From the NCBI GenBank assembly GCA_965219385.1, contig CBDCNM010000002.1, forward strand, positions 282,639 to 346,638: 64,000 nt of DNA, given 5' to 3'. The notes under the pieces are model-generated. The model did not search any database. It worked only from the letters and a program-made list of their open reading frames with translations, and had not been told where the DNA came from. Every line of letters begins with the position of its first letter. Position 1 is the first letter of the stretch. The translations under genes and the position numbers were made by a program. This document shows positions 1 to 9,785 of this stretch, one piece after another. The DNA is from Candidatus Latescibacterota bacterium (GTDB taxonomy: Bacteria > Latescibacterota > UBA2968 > UBA8231).

Positions 1-2
1 GC

Positions 3-581
3 TGCGCCCTGGCCGGCGGCCGGACCCTCACCGCCAACCTCACCCACGCCGTGCGCCGCCGCGCTCCGGGCGCGGCCGACGACGAAGTCCTGCGCGAACT
101 CTTTGTGCAAATGGATTCACCGCTGGGCCAACGCGTCGATGTGCAACTCTTTGCCGATTTCAGCCGCAATCGGATTCTCATTGACGACGAGAGCCGCTTT
201 TTCGGCACGCGCTGGGCGTGGTCTCCGGACGGGTCCCACACCCTCGAGTTCGACGCCCAGTTCCAGGACGTCGATCGGCGCTTCGGCACTCTCGCCCTGC
301 CCTACACCAACTTCTACTACGCCCTGGCGGCCCACCGCGCCCCCGGCCTCTCCGCCGCCGTGCAGGTCCAACGCACCTCCGACGAATTGGAAACCGGTGC
401 CGATCCCTCCGGCGTGACCTGGTGGCGGGGCCTCAACCTCGGTGCTGATATCCGCGACGGCCACAGCCTCAATGTTTTCGCCGGCCAGCGCCGCTCGGGC
501 CTGGCCTGCACGGCCGGTATCTGCTACGAGGTTTTAGGGTTTGAGGGGGTCGAAGTCCGGCTGCTCAACCGCTTCTTCTGA
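3..581 (+). CDS. 3' part of a DUF6029-like outer-membrane beta-barrel protein (runs in from before the window)
   Basis: The frame is open from the window start. It shows amphipathic beta-strand patterning and ends in GQRRSGLACTAGICYEVLGFEGVEVRLLNRFF (CxxGxC, terminal Phe), which I recall as typical of DUF6029. Confidence 0.6.
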   Translation, partial: CALAGGRTLTANLTHAVRRRAPGAADDEVLRELFVQMDSPLGQRVDVQLFADFSRNRILIDDESRFFGTRWAWSPDGSHTLEFDAQFQDVDRRFGTLALPYTNFYYALAAHRAPGLSAAVQVQRTSDELETGADPSGVTWWRGLNLGADIRDGHSLNVFAGQRRSGLACTAGICYEVLGFEGVEVRLLNRFF

Positions 582-583
582 CC

Positions 584-1414
584 TCACCTGAGCAGCAGCA
601 GCTTGCGGATCACCACGTGCCCGCCGGCCCGCAGCCGGTAAAAGTACACCCCGCTGGTTACCTCTCGCCCCGTCTGGTCGCGGCCGTCCCAGCGCACCGC
701 GAACGCCCCGGCCGCGGCGGGCCCCTGCACGAGCACCGCCACCGGCTGGCCGAGCAGATTGTAGATTGCCAGCTCGACCTGGCTCGGCCGCGGCAGCGCG
801 AAGCGGATCACCGTATCGCTGTTGAAAGGATTGGGCGCGTTCTGCGCCAGGGACAGGCCCCCGGGCGCGGACGCCCGAGCAGACGCCTCCACCGCCGTTT
901 CGGTCACCTCTTCCGGGGGGGGCAGCGCAGCAAGGGCCAGCACCACCTCGTCGCGCAGCTCGTCCATGGGTACCAGGGAACTGGTCTTGTAGCGGAAGAG
1001 GCCCTCGTGGTCGATGATGGCAAAGGTCTGATTGGCTTGCCCATACGCGGTTGCCATCCGGCTGGCGTTCAGCAAGAGGGGCATCGTAACCCCCTTGTCC
1101 ACGCGCCAGCGGGTCCGCAACTGGGCCTCGGTGCCGTCCCACACCTCGGCCCCCAGCGCGATAAAGGGCTCGTCGGCAAATTCCTGCCAGATTTCTTCGA
1201 AGCTCTCGGCACGCGAGAGACAGGCCGGTCAGCTATGGCCGAAAAAGAAAATCAGCACGACTTGGCCGTCGAAGTCGCTCAGGGCCGCGGTGCCGCCGTC
1301 GAGCCGGTCCAGCAGGAAGGCGGGGGCCGCCTGTCCTACTTGCGGCGCCTGGGCGCCTAGGGCAGAAGCCCACAACACCGCCAAACTCGCCAAACGCAAC
1401 AAAGACTTGCTCAT
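584..1414 (-). CDS. Selenoprotein: signal peptide + AhpC/TSA/TlpA-like redoxin (UxxC) + T9SS type-A/FlgD-like CTD, 276 aa, Sec at TGA 1229-1231
   Basis: ATG at 1414 with AAGGAG upstream; MSKSLLRLASLAVLWASALGA signal; VGQAAPAFLL..LSDFDGQVVLIFFFGHS-TGA-PAC continues in frame with no stop into ORF 584..1144; C-terminus QNAPNPFN...SGVYFYRL...RKLLLLR. Confidence 0.85.
1202..1221 (-). promoter_or_regulatory. Bacterial SECIS-like stem-loop
   Basis: mRNA after UGA: CCGGCCU G-(U bulge)-CUCUCG-[CGUGC]-CGAGAG-C. The apical loop carries GU and starts 16 nt after the UGA. Confidence 0.7.
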
Positions 1415-1658
1415 GGTGAATCTCCTTAGTTTTGCCGCACAAACTTCTGCATGCCGTGGGCACAGCCCGGGAACCACCCCGGGGGATTGATGCGCTCGCC
1501 CGCGCTCCATTCGAATACCACAAACGGGTCGTCTGGACCAATCGCGCTCCGTTCTTGCCGTGCGGTGGTGCGGGCCATTTATTTTAACTTACTCCATGGA
1601 CGCCTCAGCCGCAACCTTCATCTCTTGAACCCCCAGGCTGAATGGAGCTATAAACGCT

Positions 1659-2048
1659 ATGAAACTAGTGCAATTCATCGATCCAGGCGACGGCCTGCGC
1701 GTCGGCCTAGTCGAAGGCGACGAGGTCTTGGACCTGACGGGCGCGGAAGAGCATCCGCGCACGGTGCATCAACTCTACTACTACGGCGGCGGAGACGAAA
1801 AGGGGCTGGTCGCGGCAGTAGAACAACGGCGAGGCGCGGCCTCGCGCCGCTTGCGTTTAGACGAACTCCTGGCCACTCGCGGCACCAAAACGTCCTGTCT
1901 AACCAAGCCGGTGAGCGGCCCGCCCGGGCATCCTCACGCCCTGCGGGTGTGGCTGGCTGGAGTCACCCACGAGGTCAGCGCCAAGTTGCGCGAGATCGAG
2001 GCCAGGCAGGCGACCGGCGAGGTCGTCAACGTGTACGATCAGAAGTAC
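1659..2048 (+). pseudogene. N-terminal fragment of a fumarylacetoacetate-hydrolase-family (AraD1/KDX dehydratase-like) protein
   Basis: MKLVQF..RVGLVEGDEVLDLT...VWLAGVTH..SA..RE; similarity ends near NVYDQKY and the FAH catalytic domain is missing. Confidence 0.6.
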
Positions 2049-2071
2049 CGTCTCGTCGGGTGCAACCCAGC

Positions 2072-3044
2072 TTACAGGAACTCCTTTATGTAGGCGCCTG
2101 AGCGCTCGAACTGCTCCAACTCATAGGCGACGCAGGCTCGGGCACTCTCGCCGCGCTCGTGCGGGGTCTGCCAGGTGTCGGGATCGCCAGCGGCCTGGTG
2201 CAGGGTGCGGATGGCGTTTATGGCCTCCTGGAGAGGTCTCTCGGGAAAGGTGGCCCACCAGTCCTCTTCCAAAAGGCGGATGTGGCGGGCGACGCTGGCG
2301 CCGAGTTCGATGTAGCCTTGGACCTGCGGCGCCTCGCGGTCGAAGAGAGCAGTCATCTCCGGCCAATCGACGCCGCCGCTGCCGATGGCGCAGCGCTTGA
2401 GGCGGTAGCCGGAGGAGGTCGGGTGGACCGTGTAGTCCTTGATGTGGACGTGTTTGAGGATCGGCAAGACCCGCTGGACAAAGGACAGGGGGTGCTCGCC
2501 GATAGCCAAGGCATTGCCTACGTCCATGGTGATGCCCAGTTGCGGGCTGCCAACCTTTTCGCACAGCGACAGCAATTCCCAGGAACATAGATCCTGGTGG
2601 TTTTCGATGCCCACCGGGATGCCGTATTCCTCGGCTAAGGGCATGACTTCTCTGAGGGGCTGCACCAGGGCTTCGATATAGTCCCGCATGCCCTCGGCGC
2701 CGCATTCGGTGCGGTCGCCTTCGACGAGGCGGCTGACGGTGGTGCGCACGGTGCGGGCATTAGGCGCGGTGGGCCGTCTCAACGGTTTGGCGCAGCGGCG
2801 CAATGTCTTCGGCGTAGTTGTGGCCCCCAGTGTCCAAGAAGAGGTCGAGATCGCCGAGCGCCTGGGCGAAGGCGACTCATTCTTTGTCGGAGCGATCTTG
2901 GAGTGATTGGGCGGCAAATTCGACACTTGGGAGGCCGTTGTCGCGGGCCAAGCGCATCAGGCCCTCGGGCATATGGGGATCAATTGCGCGGCCGGCTTCG
3001 CGGTGGGCGCTGGTAAAGCTCCAGGCGCACAGGCCGATTTTCAT
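2072..3044 (-). pseudogene. Sugar phosphate isomerase/epimerase (xylose-isomerase-like TIM barrel), disrupted
   Basis: Start MKIGLCAWSF at 3044, in-frame TGA at 2877-2879, frameshift near 2765; motifs GIENHQD, MDVGN, HVHIKD downstream. Confidence 0.75.
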
Positions 3045-3826
3045 GTGCTACTCGTTTCGGTCAACTGGTCGAGGGGGATACTTTCCTCGGCGCCGGTGGC
3101 CAGGGTCTTGGTCCGCACCTGACCGCCGGCCCATTCGTCGGGGGCCAGCAGGATCAGGCGCTCGGCACCGGCCTGGTCGGCGCGGCGAAGGGCCCAGCGG
3201 ACTTTTTTGTCTTCGAGGATCAGGTCGACCGAGCGGCCGGCCCGCCGCAGTCGGGTCGCCACTTGCATGGCAGCCGGTCGGGCGCAACCCGGCGTTGAAG
3301 GCAAAGACCAGGTCGTCCACGGTCTTGGGGATAGCGGGCAGTAGCCCCTTGTCCTTGAGCAATTCGACGATGACCGCGTCGCCGCAGCCAAAACCGCAGG
3401 CCGGCGCGCCCTTGCCGCCAAAGGTCGACAGTAAGCGGTCGTAGCGGCCCCCGCCGCAGATGGCGCGCAGATCGCCGCCGCGGTCAAAGGCCTCAAAGAC
3501 AATGCCCGTATAATAGGCCAGGCCCCGCACCAGGCTGGCCTCGAAGGAGAGCCAGTCGGCAAAGCCGTAGTCAGCGGCGAGGTCGAACAGGTGGCGCAGT
3601 TCGACAATACCGGGGTGTCGGTGCTGACCAGAGCGGCTATCTGGCCGAGTTCGTCGAGCGAGAGAGCCTCGATAATGAGGTCGACCATGCCGCGGTCCAG
3701 GCCCAGGGCAGCCATATCGCCCTCAATGGCCTGGCGTGGCACTTTCTCCAACTTGTCGATTCGGACGCACACTGGGGCGAATTGGTCGTCGGGCACGCCC
3801 AGGCCCTCAAGCAGGCCCTGTCGATT
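3041..3826 (-). pseudogene. hisS: C-terminal part of histidyl-tRNA synthetase, frameshifted
   Basis: VRGLAYYTGIVFE, ICGGGRYDRLL, PACGFG.GD and the anticodon-binding domain (ALRRADQAGA) lie in different frames; the N-terminus is absent. Confidence 0.85.
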
Positions 3827-3828
3827 TG

Positions 3829-4145
3829 CTACCAATTGGTGAATGAGCCGCCCTCTCGCCTGAGTTGGGGACTGCTGTGCAATTGATTGGAATGAGTGGT
3901 CCGCGGCGGCCTCCTCGTCGAATTCGATTCCCAGGTCCGGGCGGGCGGCGACAGACAGCCCGCCCGGTAGGGCACCTGCACGGGAAAGAGGTCTTGCAGG
4001 ACGGGAGTGCCCACCAAGCCGCCCTCCTGCACGGCGAAATTGTCGGTGGCCAGGTCCAGGTGCAGGCAGGCCGTAGCCGAAACCGGGCCCAGGGGATTGT
4101 GCGGGACGATTTTTACATAGTGGGGCTCGCACCAGTTGGCCGTTT
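3829..4145 (-). pseudogene. C-terminal fragment of a galactonate-dehydratase-like enolase-superfamily protein
   Basis: PHNPLGPVSATACLHL...NFAVQE, PDLGIEFDE and a DG/GGSFTNW-type end, spread over shifted frames. Confidence 0.7.
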
Positions 4146-4339
4146 GGTAGGCCGTGTGCAACCCTCTTCACGACCACTCACCATCAGGCCTGAGAGAATA
4201 ACGCCTTGTATTTGAAGGACTTATGAAAAGCCGGGCCGTTCCGCAGCGGCGGAAGCGGGGTTGTGGCCAATTTCTTCTCCTTTTCCGATTAAAGTCAGCA
4301 AAAGCAGAAGCGGCGTCAAGACGATTTCTGCCTTTCAGG

Positions 4340-4700
4340 TCAGATCAGCCGCTGTTGGGACATGGGATTCAGGATCTCCGGATCGTCGTTGACGACGCTG
4401 TTCACCCTCGCGCTGACGGCGCGCTTCTCGTAGGGGCCGGCATGGAGTTCCCGAACCAGCTCAAGGAGCTACTTCGCCGGCGAGGCCGGATCGAGCCAAT
4501 CAGCAAAGTGGTCGGGATCGACAATCGCCGGCTGTCGCTGGTGGATGTCGGAAAGCGCCGGGGAGGCCGCCGTAGTGATGATGGTGAAGGATTCGACGGA
4601 TTCTCCACCCTTGTCCCAGCCAGCGCTCCCACAGAGCGGCGAACGACACAGGCGATCCGTCCGCAAGCGCCAGAAAGTAAGGCTGCTTGCCGGCCTCCCT
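4340..4700 (-). pseudogene. C-terminal fragment of an SOS-response-associated peptidase (SRAP/YedK)
   Basis: KQPY..., FAALWERW, ESFTIITT, IHQRQPAI, VSARVNSV; frameshift and internal stop. Confidence 0.8.
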
Positions 4701-4805
4701 CGGGGCTTCGCTGTGCGCGTCCGCTTCGTCCAGGGCAAGAAGGCCTGTCTTCGGGGTTGACCTCACCCACCACGCCGACGCTCCGATTGAACGGATCTTT
4801 CGGGA

Positions 4806-5566
4806 CAGATTACTTACCCCCGCCCGTTCATAAAGTATAATCGTAGCGCTGGGGTTGCCCGGCTTCCATGGGTAGGGGCTGACCCCGTTCCTTGAGATGG
4901 TGCTTGTTGGATGCATCCAAGCAGACCAAAGGATACACCGCCGAATAGGGTTGATGGTAGACGATGAGCACCTCCTCCATGGCGCAGACAACCTCGGCGT
5001 TGGCCTGGGGGGGCATGCGCCATTGTTTTTTCAACCAAGGCTTAAGTTCGTTTTTTTACCAGCCGACGCACACTGCAGGCCGACAAAATGTCGGCCTGCT
5101 CAAGCCGCACCATTTCGTCGGCTAATAGTTGCAGGGTCCATCGCTCACGCCCGGGGGGCGTCTTCGAACCGGCCAGCATGCTCAGATGGGCCTCATGCCG
5201 ACCATCAAACGTTTGATTGCCCGGATGGGAGCGCTTCTTTCGATGGAGGGCCCCTTCCAGGCCCTGTTCGACGAAGGCTTTGCGCCACCCGCTCGACGGT
5301 AGGCCGACTCACCTCCAGCGCTTGACTGAGGTGGGTATCGGTCCAGCCGGCTTGATCGGCTTTGAGTAGCATACGGGCGCGGGTCCGTTGTTGGGCCGAA
5401 GACGTGCCCGTAGAGATGAACTCTAATAAATAGGACCGCTCCGCTTCGCTCAAAAGGATGTGGTGCCCGGATGGCATGAAAACCTCCTTGAGATCGGAAA
5501 AAGAGCATGCAATTTCAAAGATCGTTCTTCTTGGCCCATCCATCAAATAAAAAAATTGGACTACTA
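4806..5566 (-). mobile_element. Truncated IS630-family element
   Basis: Transposase pieces TRARMLLKAD, RWTLQLLA, KNELKPW with an A7 slippery run at 5051-5057, AMEEVL..Y, VCLD, YERAGVSNL; end sequence TA|GTAGTCC at ~5566; cut off near 4806. Confidence 0.8.
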
Positions 5567-5699
5567 GGTAGGCTTCCATGATGCCCAGCCGCATTGGCGT
5601 CTCCGAGCCCTGGGCCAAGGTCATCCACGATCCGCGCTCGTTGAACGGTTCGAACAGGTCCTGAAGCCGCTCCTTTTCCCGTTGGATGAATTCGCTCAT
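5567..5699 (-). pseudogene. Hypothetical gene interrupted by the IS630
   Basis: ATG 2 bp after the upstream stop; MSEFIQREKERLQDLF...EAYL runs into the IS end at a TA. Confidence 0.45.
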
Positions 5700-5701
5700 G
5701 G

Positions 5702-6007
5702 TTACCCCTTCACCAGAATGATGTCCTCGACCTTGCGGCCGTCAGGCAGCTTGGAGACTTGGTGCTTCTGGAACACCTCCAGCAACCGGCTGCGTTCCCG
5801 CTCGCTGCCCACGACGATCACTTCGATGTTGTCCAGCAGCGTGATGGAATGCTTGAAGATCGTCTCGTTGCTGCTGTTCCTGGCGTATTGCTTCCACTCT
5901 GCCGGAGTACTCCCGAGATGGCTGGAAACATAGTCGTCCTGCACCTTGCCGAAGGCGTCATGGTTGTAGCTGATGGCGTCCTGGCGCCGCAGCAACCGTT
6001 TCTTGAT
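5702..6007 (-). pseudogene. C-terminal fragment of an unknown protein (possibly phage- or toxin-associated)
   Basis: Coding-like codon bias (LLRRQDAISYNHDAFG...SNETIFKHSI); the 5' end is fused to other fragments. Confidence 0.4.
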
Positions 6008-6082
6008 CCGCCTCGCGCTCCTGGATCCAGATCGGATTCAGGTCCATGGACCAGGTGCGATCCAGTTCGTCGGACTTGGCTT

Positions 6083-6203
6083 TCCAGAGGAATCGCTCCA
6101 TGGCGAAGTATTGAAGCAACTCGTTGAATGGCCGTCGTTCACTCCTAGACCGGTTGAGGAGACGTTGCCGGACGGACGCGGGCGCGTTGCGGGGATGCGT
6201 CAT
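6083..6203 (-). pseudogene. Truncated AbiEii/AbiGii nucleotidyltransferase toxin (N-terminal ~40 aa)
   Basis: ASVRQRLLNRS...FNELLQYFAMERFL is the typical AbiEii N-terminus; its start overlaps the AbiEi stop (ATGA). Confidence 0.8.
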
Positions 6204-6793
6204 ACCATTGCCTCCAGATAGGGCCGCATCACCTTTTCGACCCGGCAGATCCTGGCGTATTCGAGCAGTTCGCCCAGGTCGAACCCGTTTCGTGTCTTGT
6301 GGAGTTTCACCGCTTCCAGCACCACGTCCATACCGATCTTGTTGCGAAACTTGAAGCAGTCAGCCAGGGTTTTTTCGCGGCAGTAGACTTTGATGGGCAC
6401 TCCATCAAGCAGATGCTTTTCGATGCCGGGTTGGTATGCTTCATTCGAGAATCTGTGAGCCCGGATGGGGGGATAGTCGAGTGACGGCACCCGTGAGTCT
6501 CTTGGTACCGCCACGGAAATCTTATGGGGAATCTGGGTCGTGATTCCATGATAGGCCAGCGCGGAGACGAGACAAACGACGGCGTTGGGGAAGCGAAGGC
6601 TGACCGTGACCAGATCAGGGTTGCCGAGCGGAGGTAGTTCCCGCAGCCGATAGATGCCTCTGCTGACCGGCTCGATGACGCCCCTGTCCTTGAGAGCATA
6701 CAGCATGTAGCGTGTGATCCCGTGCGCGATGGCCTCGCTCATTCGAAGTTGGCTACCGTACCTGCGGAAGATTTCTTCAGGTTGTTCTTTCAT
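6200..6793 (-). CDS. Type IV toxin-antitoxin AbiEi-family antitoxin
   Basis: VSRGIYRL, VCLVSALAYHGITTQIP, EKTLADCFKFRNKIGMDV; ATG at 6793 with GGAG upstream. Confidence 0.9.
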   Translation of the reverse strand: MKEQPEEIFRRYGSQLRMSEAIAHGITRYMLYALKDRGVIEPVSRGIYRLRELPPLGNPDLVTVSLRFPNAVVCLVSALAYHGITTQIPHKISVAVPRDSRVPSLDYPPIRAHRFSNEAYQPGIEKHLLDGVPIKVYCREKTLADCFKFRNKIGMDVVLEAVKLHKTRNGFDLGELLEYARICRVEKVMRPYLEAMV

Positions 6794-7248
6794 CTCCGGC
6801 CCCAGACAAATCGTCTCCATTTGATTATAAATGGTAACAATATGTCTAATTCTGGCCAAGAAATCAAGAGAAACATCACAGGAACACGGGGTCCGTCATC
6901 ACCGAGACCAGGGACACCGTCTCCTCGCCTCTGCCGCTGCTAGGCAGACAGACCGGGGGACGGTCGCCAGGATCTCGTTGGAGTCCGCTCGGCATCGCCA
7001 GGACGAATGCCGTCGGCACCCACAACGGGCCCCCCGTGCTCACGGCCGCTGCCGCTGTCTGGTGATCCGCCGGACCCCTGTGCCCCGCGGATGGATTACC
7101 TACCGGGGCGGGTTAGGAAACGTCGACATCCGGCTATCCGTGCGCAACCCCCACGGTTGCACTCGGATACCAAACGTTCCGCTTCGAAACGGAGAATCGG
7201 GGATAATGTGTGGGGCGGCGCAAGTGCTTGAAAAAACGCCAGATACGC

Positions 7249-7281
7249 CAAGCCCCCGAGGGTGCGATTCTCGGGGGCTTG
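7249..7281. terminator. Hairpin downstream of tRNA-Met
   Basis: Perfect 12-bp inverted repeat CAAGCCCCCGAG / CTCGGGGGCTTG. Confidence 0.55.
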
Positions 7282-7322
7282 CGTTAAACAACAAACCGCC
7301 AAAATTGGCAGCTGGCTATTTC

Positions 7323-7399
7323 TGGTAGCGGTGGAGGGATTCGAACCCCCGACACGTGGATTATGATTCCACTGCTCTAACCAGCTGAGCTACACCGCC
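7323..7399 (-). tRNA. tRNA-Met (CAT), elongator type
   Basis: GGCGGTGTAGCTCAGCTGGTTAGAGCAGTGGAATCATAATCCAC...GGTTCGAATCCCTCCACCGCTACCA, 77 nt with encoded CCA. Confidence 0.95.
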
Positions 7400-7470
7400 A
7401 TTTCACTGGGTAAGATAGAAAAGCTAGGTCCTGAACCGATTTTGTCAAGCTATTGATCCAGCATCTCATT

Positions 7471-7500
7471 AGAGGCCGCATGGCCAGAGGCCGCATGGCC
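7471..7500. repeat. 15-bp tandem duplication
   Basis: AGAGGCCGCATGGCC x2. Confidence 0.85.
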
Positions 7501-7700
7501 TCAAAAATCAAAGATATCCTGCAAATCCTTTTCGATGATCCGGCCGGGCGCGACCAGGGTCTTCATGAAGTATAAAATGTTCGCCGCCGGCAAAATCCCC
7601 TCCTGGTCTTTCCTTGGCGATGGCACGTTTTTTGTTCGGTATTGCTGCTTATTGAAAATCCCTGATAAAACTGTGTAGTTTTCATCACAGGAGAGGGTGG

Positions 7701-8441
7701 ATGACTTCACTTCTGGACGGAGTCCGGGGACTGGGGGCAGCGTTGCTGGATTTTGTGTATCCTTTGCACTGCCTGGCCTGTGGAGAGGGCATGGAGGAGG
7801 GGGAGGAGTACCTGTGCAAGGTGTGCTGGGGGGAGATCCTCGTCCAGCCCGGTCCCCGGTGCCGGCGCTGTAGCTGTCCTCTGGAGTCCGTGGCTGCAGT
7901 CTGTAACAACTGCGCCGTCTGGGAGCCGGCCTTTGAGCGGGCCCTGGTACTGGGGCCTTTCGCGGGAGCCATGCAACAGGCCATCCACGCCCTCAAGTTT
8001 TTGCACCAGCAGGAGCTGGGCAGGAAACTGGGCCGTTGTCTGGGACAAAGCCCTGAATTCGCTGGTATTTTGCAGACGGTGGACCTACTGGTACCGGTGC
8101 CCTTGCACCCGGCGCGGGAGCGCGAGCGAGGGTACAACCAGAGCCTCAGCATTGCTCAGGGGATGGCCGAGGTGATGGGGTGTACCCTGGATAGCCGTTT
8201 ATTAAAGCGGTGCATTCCCACCCGCCAGCAGGCCAAGCTGGATGCGCGGATTCGTCGGCAAAATCTGCACGCCGCTTTCCAGGTCGTAGGAGACCTTCCG
8301 CGGCACGAGTGTATTGGGGTTGTGGACGATGTGCTGACCACCAGTGCCACGCTCAATGCCTGTGCGTGCGCTTTGCAAGAGGCTGGCGCCCGGAAGATAT
8401 GGGTCATAGCCCTGGCCAGTCCCTTCCGGATATCCGCTTAG
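7701..8441 (+). CDS. comF: ComF-family protein (double zinc ribbon + PRTase)
   Basis: CxxC pairs, VPVPLH, RGYNQS, VDDVLTT.ATL. Confidence 0.9.
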   Translation: MTSLLDGVRGLGAALLDFVYPLHCLACGEGMEEGEEYLCKVCWGEILVQPGPRCRRCSCPLESVAAVCNNCAVWEPAFERALVLGPFAGAMQQAIHALKFLHQQELGRKLGRCLGQSPEFAGILQTVDLLVPVPLHPARERERGYNQSLSIAQGMAEVMGCTLDSRLLKRCIPTRQQAKLDARIRRQNLHAAFQVVGDLPRHECIGVVDDVLTTSATLNACACALQEAGARKIWVIALASPFRISA

Positions 8442-8577
8442 AAGGCTGCTTTGAACGGGCTGCGCTTGCTGAAAAGCACCCAGTGCCCATATTTTCTAAT
8501 TTTCTAAGTTAGCTATGCTGCATCATTAATAATTCATTGGATCGCGCCGATTGTGCAAAGGACTGAGAATTTAAAAC

Positions 8578-9780
8578 ATGGCAAAAAAAACGGTTGAAGA
8601 TATCGATGTAGCCGGCAAACGAGTGCTGGTGCGGGTAGACTTCAATGTGCCACTGGATGCGCAAGGGGTGGTGGACGATACGCGAATCCAGGGCGCGCTT
8701 CCCACCCTGCAGTACCTGCTGGATCGGGGTGCCACACTCATTCTGATGTCCCATTTGGGGAGGCCTAAAGGCAAGCGGGTGGCGGATATGTCCTTGCAGC
8801 CGGTGGCTGCACGCCTGGATGCAGTACTGGGGATGTCAGTAGAGCTGGCGCCGGATTGCGTTGGCGAGGGGGTCGAAGAGCTGGCCCGGGCCTTGTCCGC
8901 GGGCGGGATCTTGCTGCTGGAAAATTTGCGCTTCCACCCCGAGGAGGAAGCCAATGAAACGGATTTTTCTCGCCGTCTGGCCGCGCTGGGAGAGATCTAT
9001 GTAAACGATGCTTTTGGCGCTGCGCACCGCGCCCATGCCTCTACTGAAGGGATCGTCCACCACCTGCCGGTGGCCGTAAGCGGTTTTTTGATGAATAAGG
9101 AAATCAGGTACCTGGACGATGCTTTGAAAAACCCGCAGAGGCCTTTTGTCGCCATTTTAGGGGGGGCCAAGGTTTCAGGTAAGATCGAAGTGATCGAGCA
9201 CCTGCTCGACAAAGTGGATGTGTTGATCATCGGAGGGGGTATGCCCTACACCTTTTTCAAGGTAATGGAGCTGGAAATCGGAAATTCCCTGCTTGAAGAG
9301 GACGGCCTTGACCTAGCCGCTCAGGTTCTCCGCAAGGGGGAGGAGGCCAGGGTGGAAATACTGCTGCCCGTGGACTGCGTGGTCGCGGATCGTTTTGCCG
9401 CCGATGCACGGACCCAGGTGGTAGCCCGTGAGGATATACCTCCCGGTTGGGAAGGGGTTGATATAGGGCCACGGACTCGCCAGCTCTGCAAGGAGAGGAT
9501 CGGCCAGGCCCGCACCGTGGTTTGGAACGGCCCCCTGGGCGTCTTTGAAATGGAACCCTTTGCGGCGGGCACCCGGGAAGTGGGCCAAGCCCTGGCCGCA
9601 GCTACTGAAAAGGGTGGGGCGATCAGTATCATTGGAGGAGGGGATACAGCAGCGGCTCTAAATCAAGCAGGTTTGAGCGATCGCATGACCCATGTTTCCA
9701 CCGGTGGGGGGGCCTCGCTCGAATGCATGGCCGGTCGGGTCTTGCCCGGCGTTGCCGCGTTGGCGGACAAGGAGCAATAA
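8578..9780 (+). CDS. pgk: Phosphoglycerate kinase
   Basis: RVDFNVP, LENLRF, NDAFG.AHRAHAS, GGGDT, STGGGASL. Confidence 0.98.
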   Translation: MAKKTVEDIDVAGKRVLVRVDFNVPLDAQGVVDDTRIQGALPTLQYLLDRGATLILMSHLGRPKGKRVADMSLQPVAARLDAVLGMSVELAPDCVGEGVEELARALSAGGILLLENLRFHPEEEANETDFSRRLAALGEIYVNDAFGAAHRAHASTEGIVHHLPVAVSGFLMNKEIRYLDDALKNPQRPFVAILGGAKVSGKIEVIEHLLDKVDVLIIGGGMPYTFFKVMELEIGNSLLEEDGLDLAAQVLRKGEEARVEILLPVDCVVADRFAADARTQVVAREDIPPGWEGVDIGPRTRQLCKERIGQARTVVWNGPLGVFEMEPFAAGTREVGQALAAATEKGGAISIIGGGDTAAALNQAGLSDRMTHVSTGGGASLECMAGRVLPGVAALADKEQ

Positions 9781-9785
9781 ACCCT

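Noticed and set aside
2877..2879. In-frame TGA in the TIM-barrel gene as a second selenocysteine
   Set aside because: Not a Cys-type context, and the same gene has a frameshift; a nonsense mutation is simpler.
7135..7169. Hairpin TATCCG..GCAACC/GGTTGC..CGGATA as an island end or ncRNA
   Set aside because: Single imperfect stem with no partner att site or integrase in the window; cannot be assigned.
7501..7710. Small minus-strand ORF upstream of tRNA-Met
   Set aside because: No recognisable motif or clear start; it overlaps the comF upstream region.
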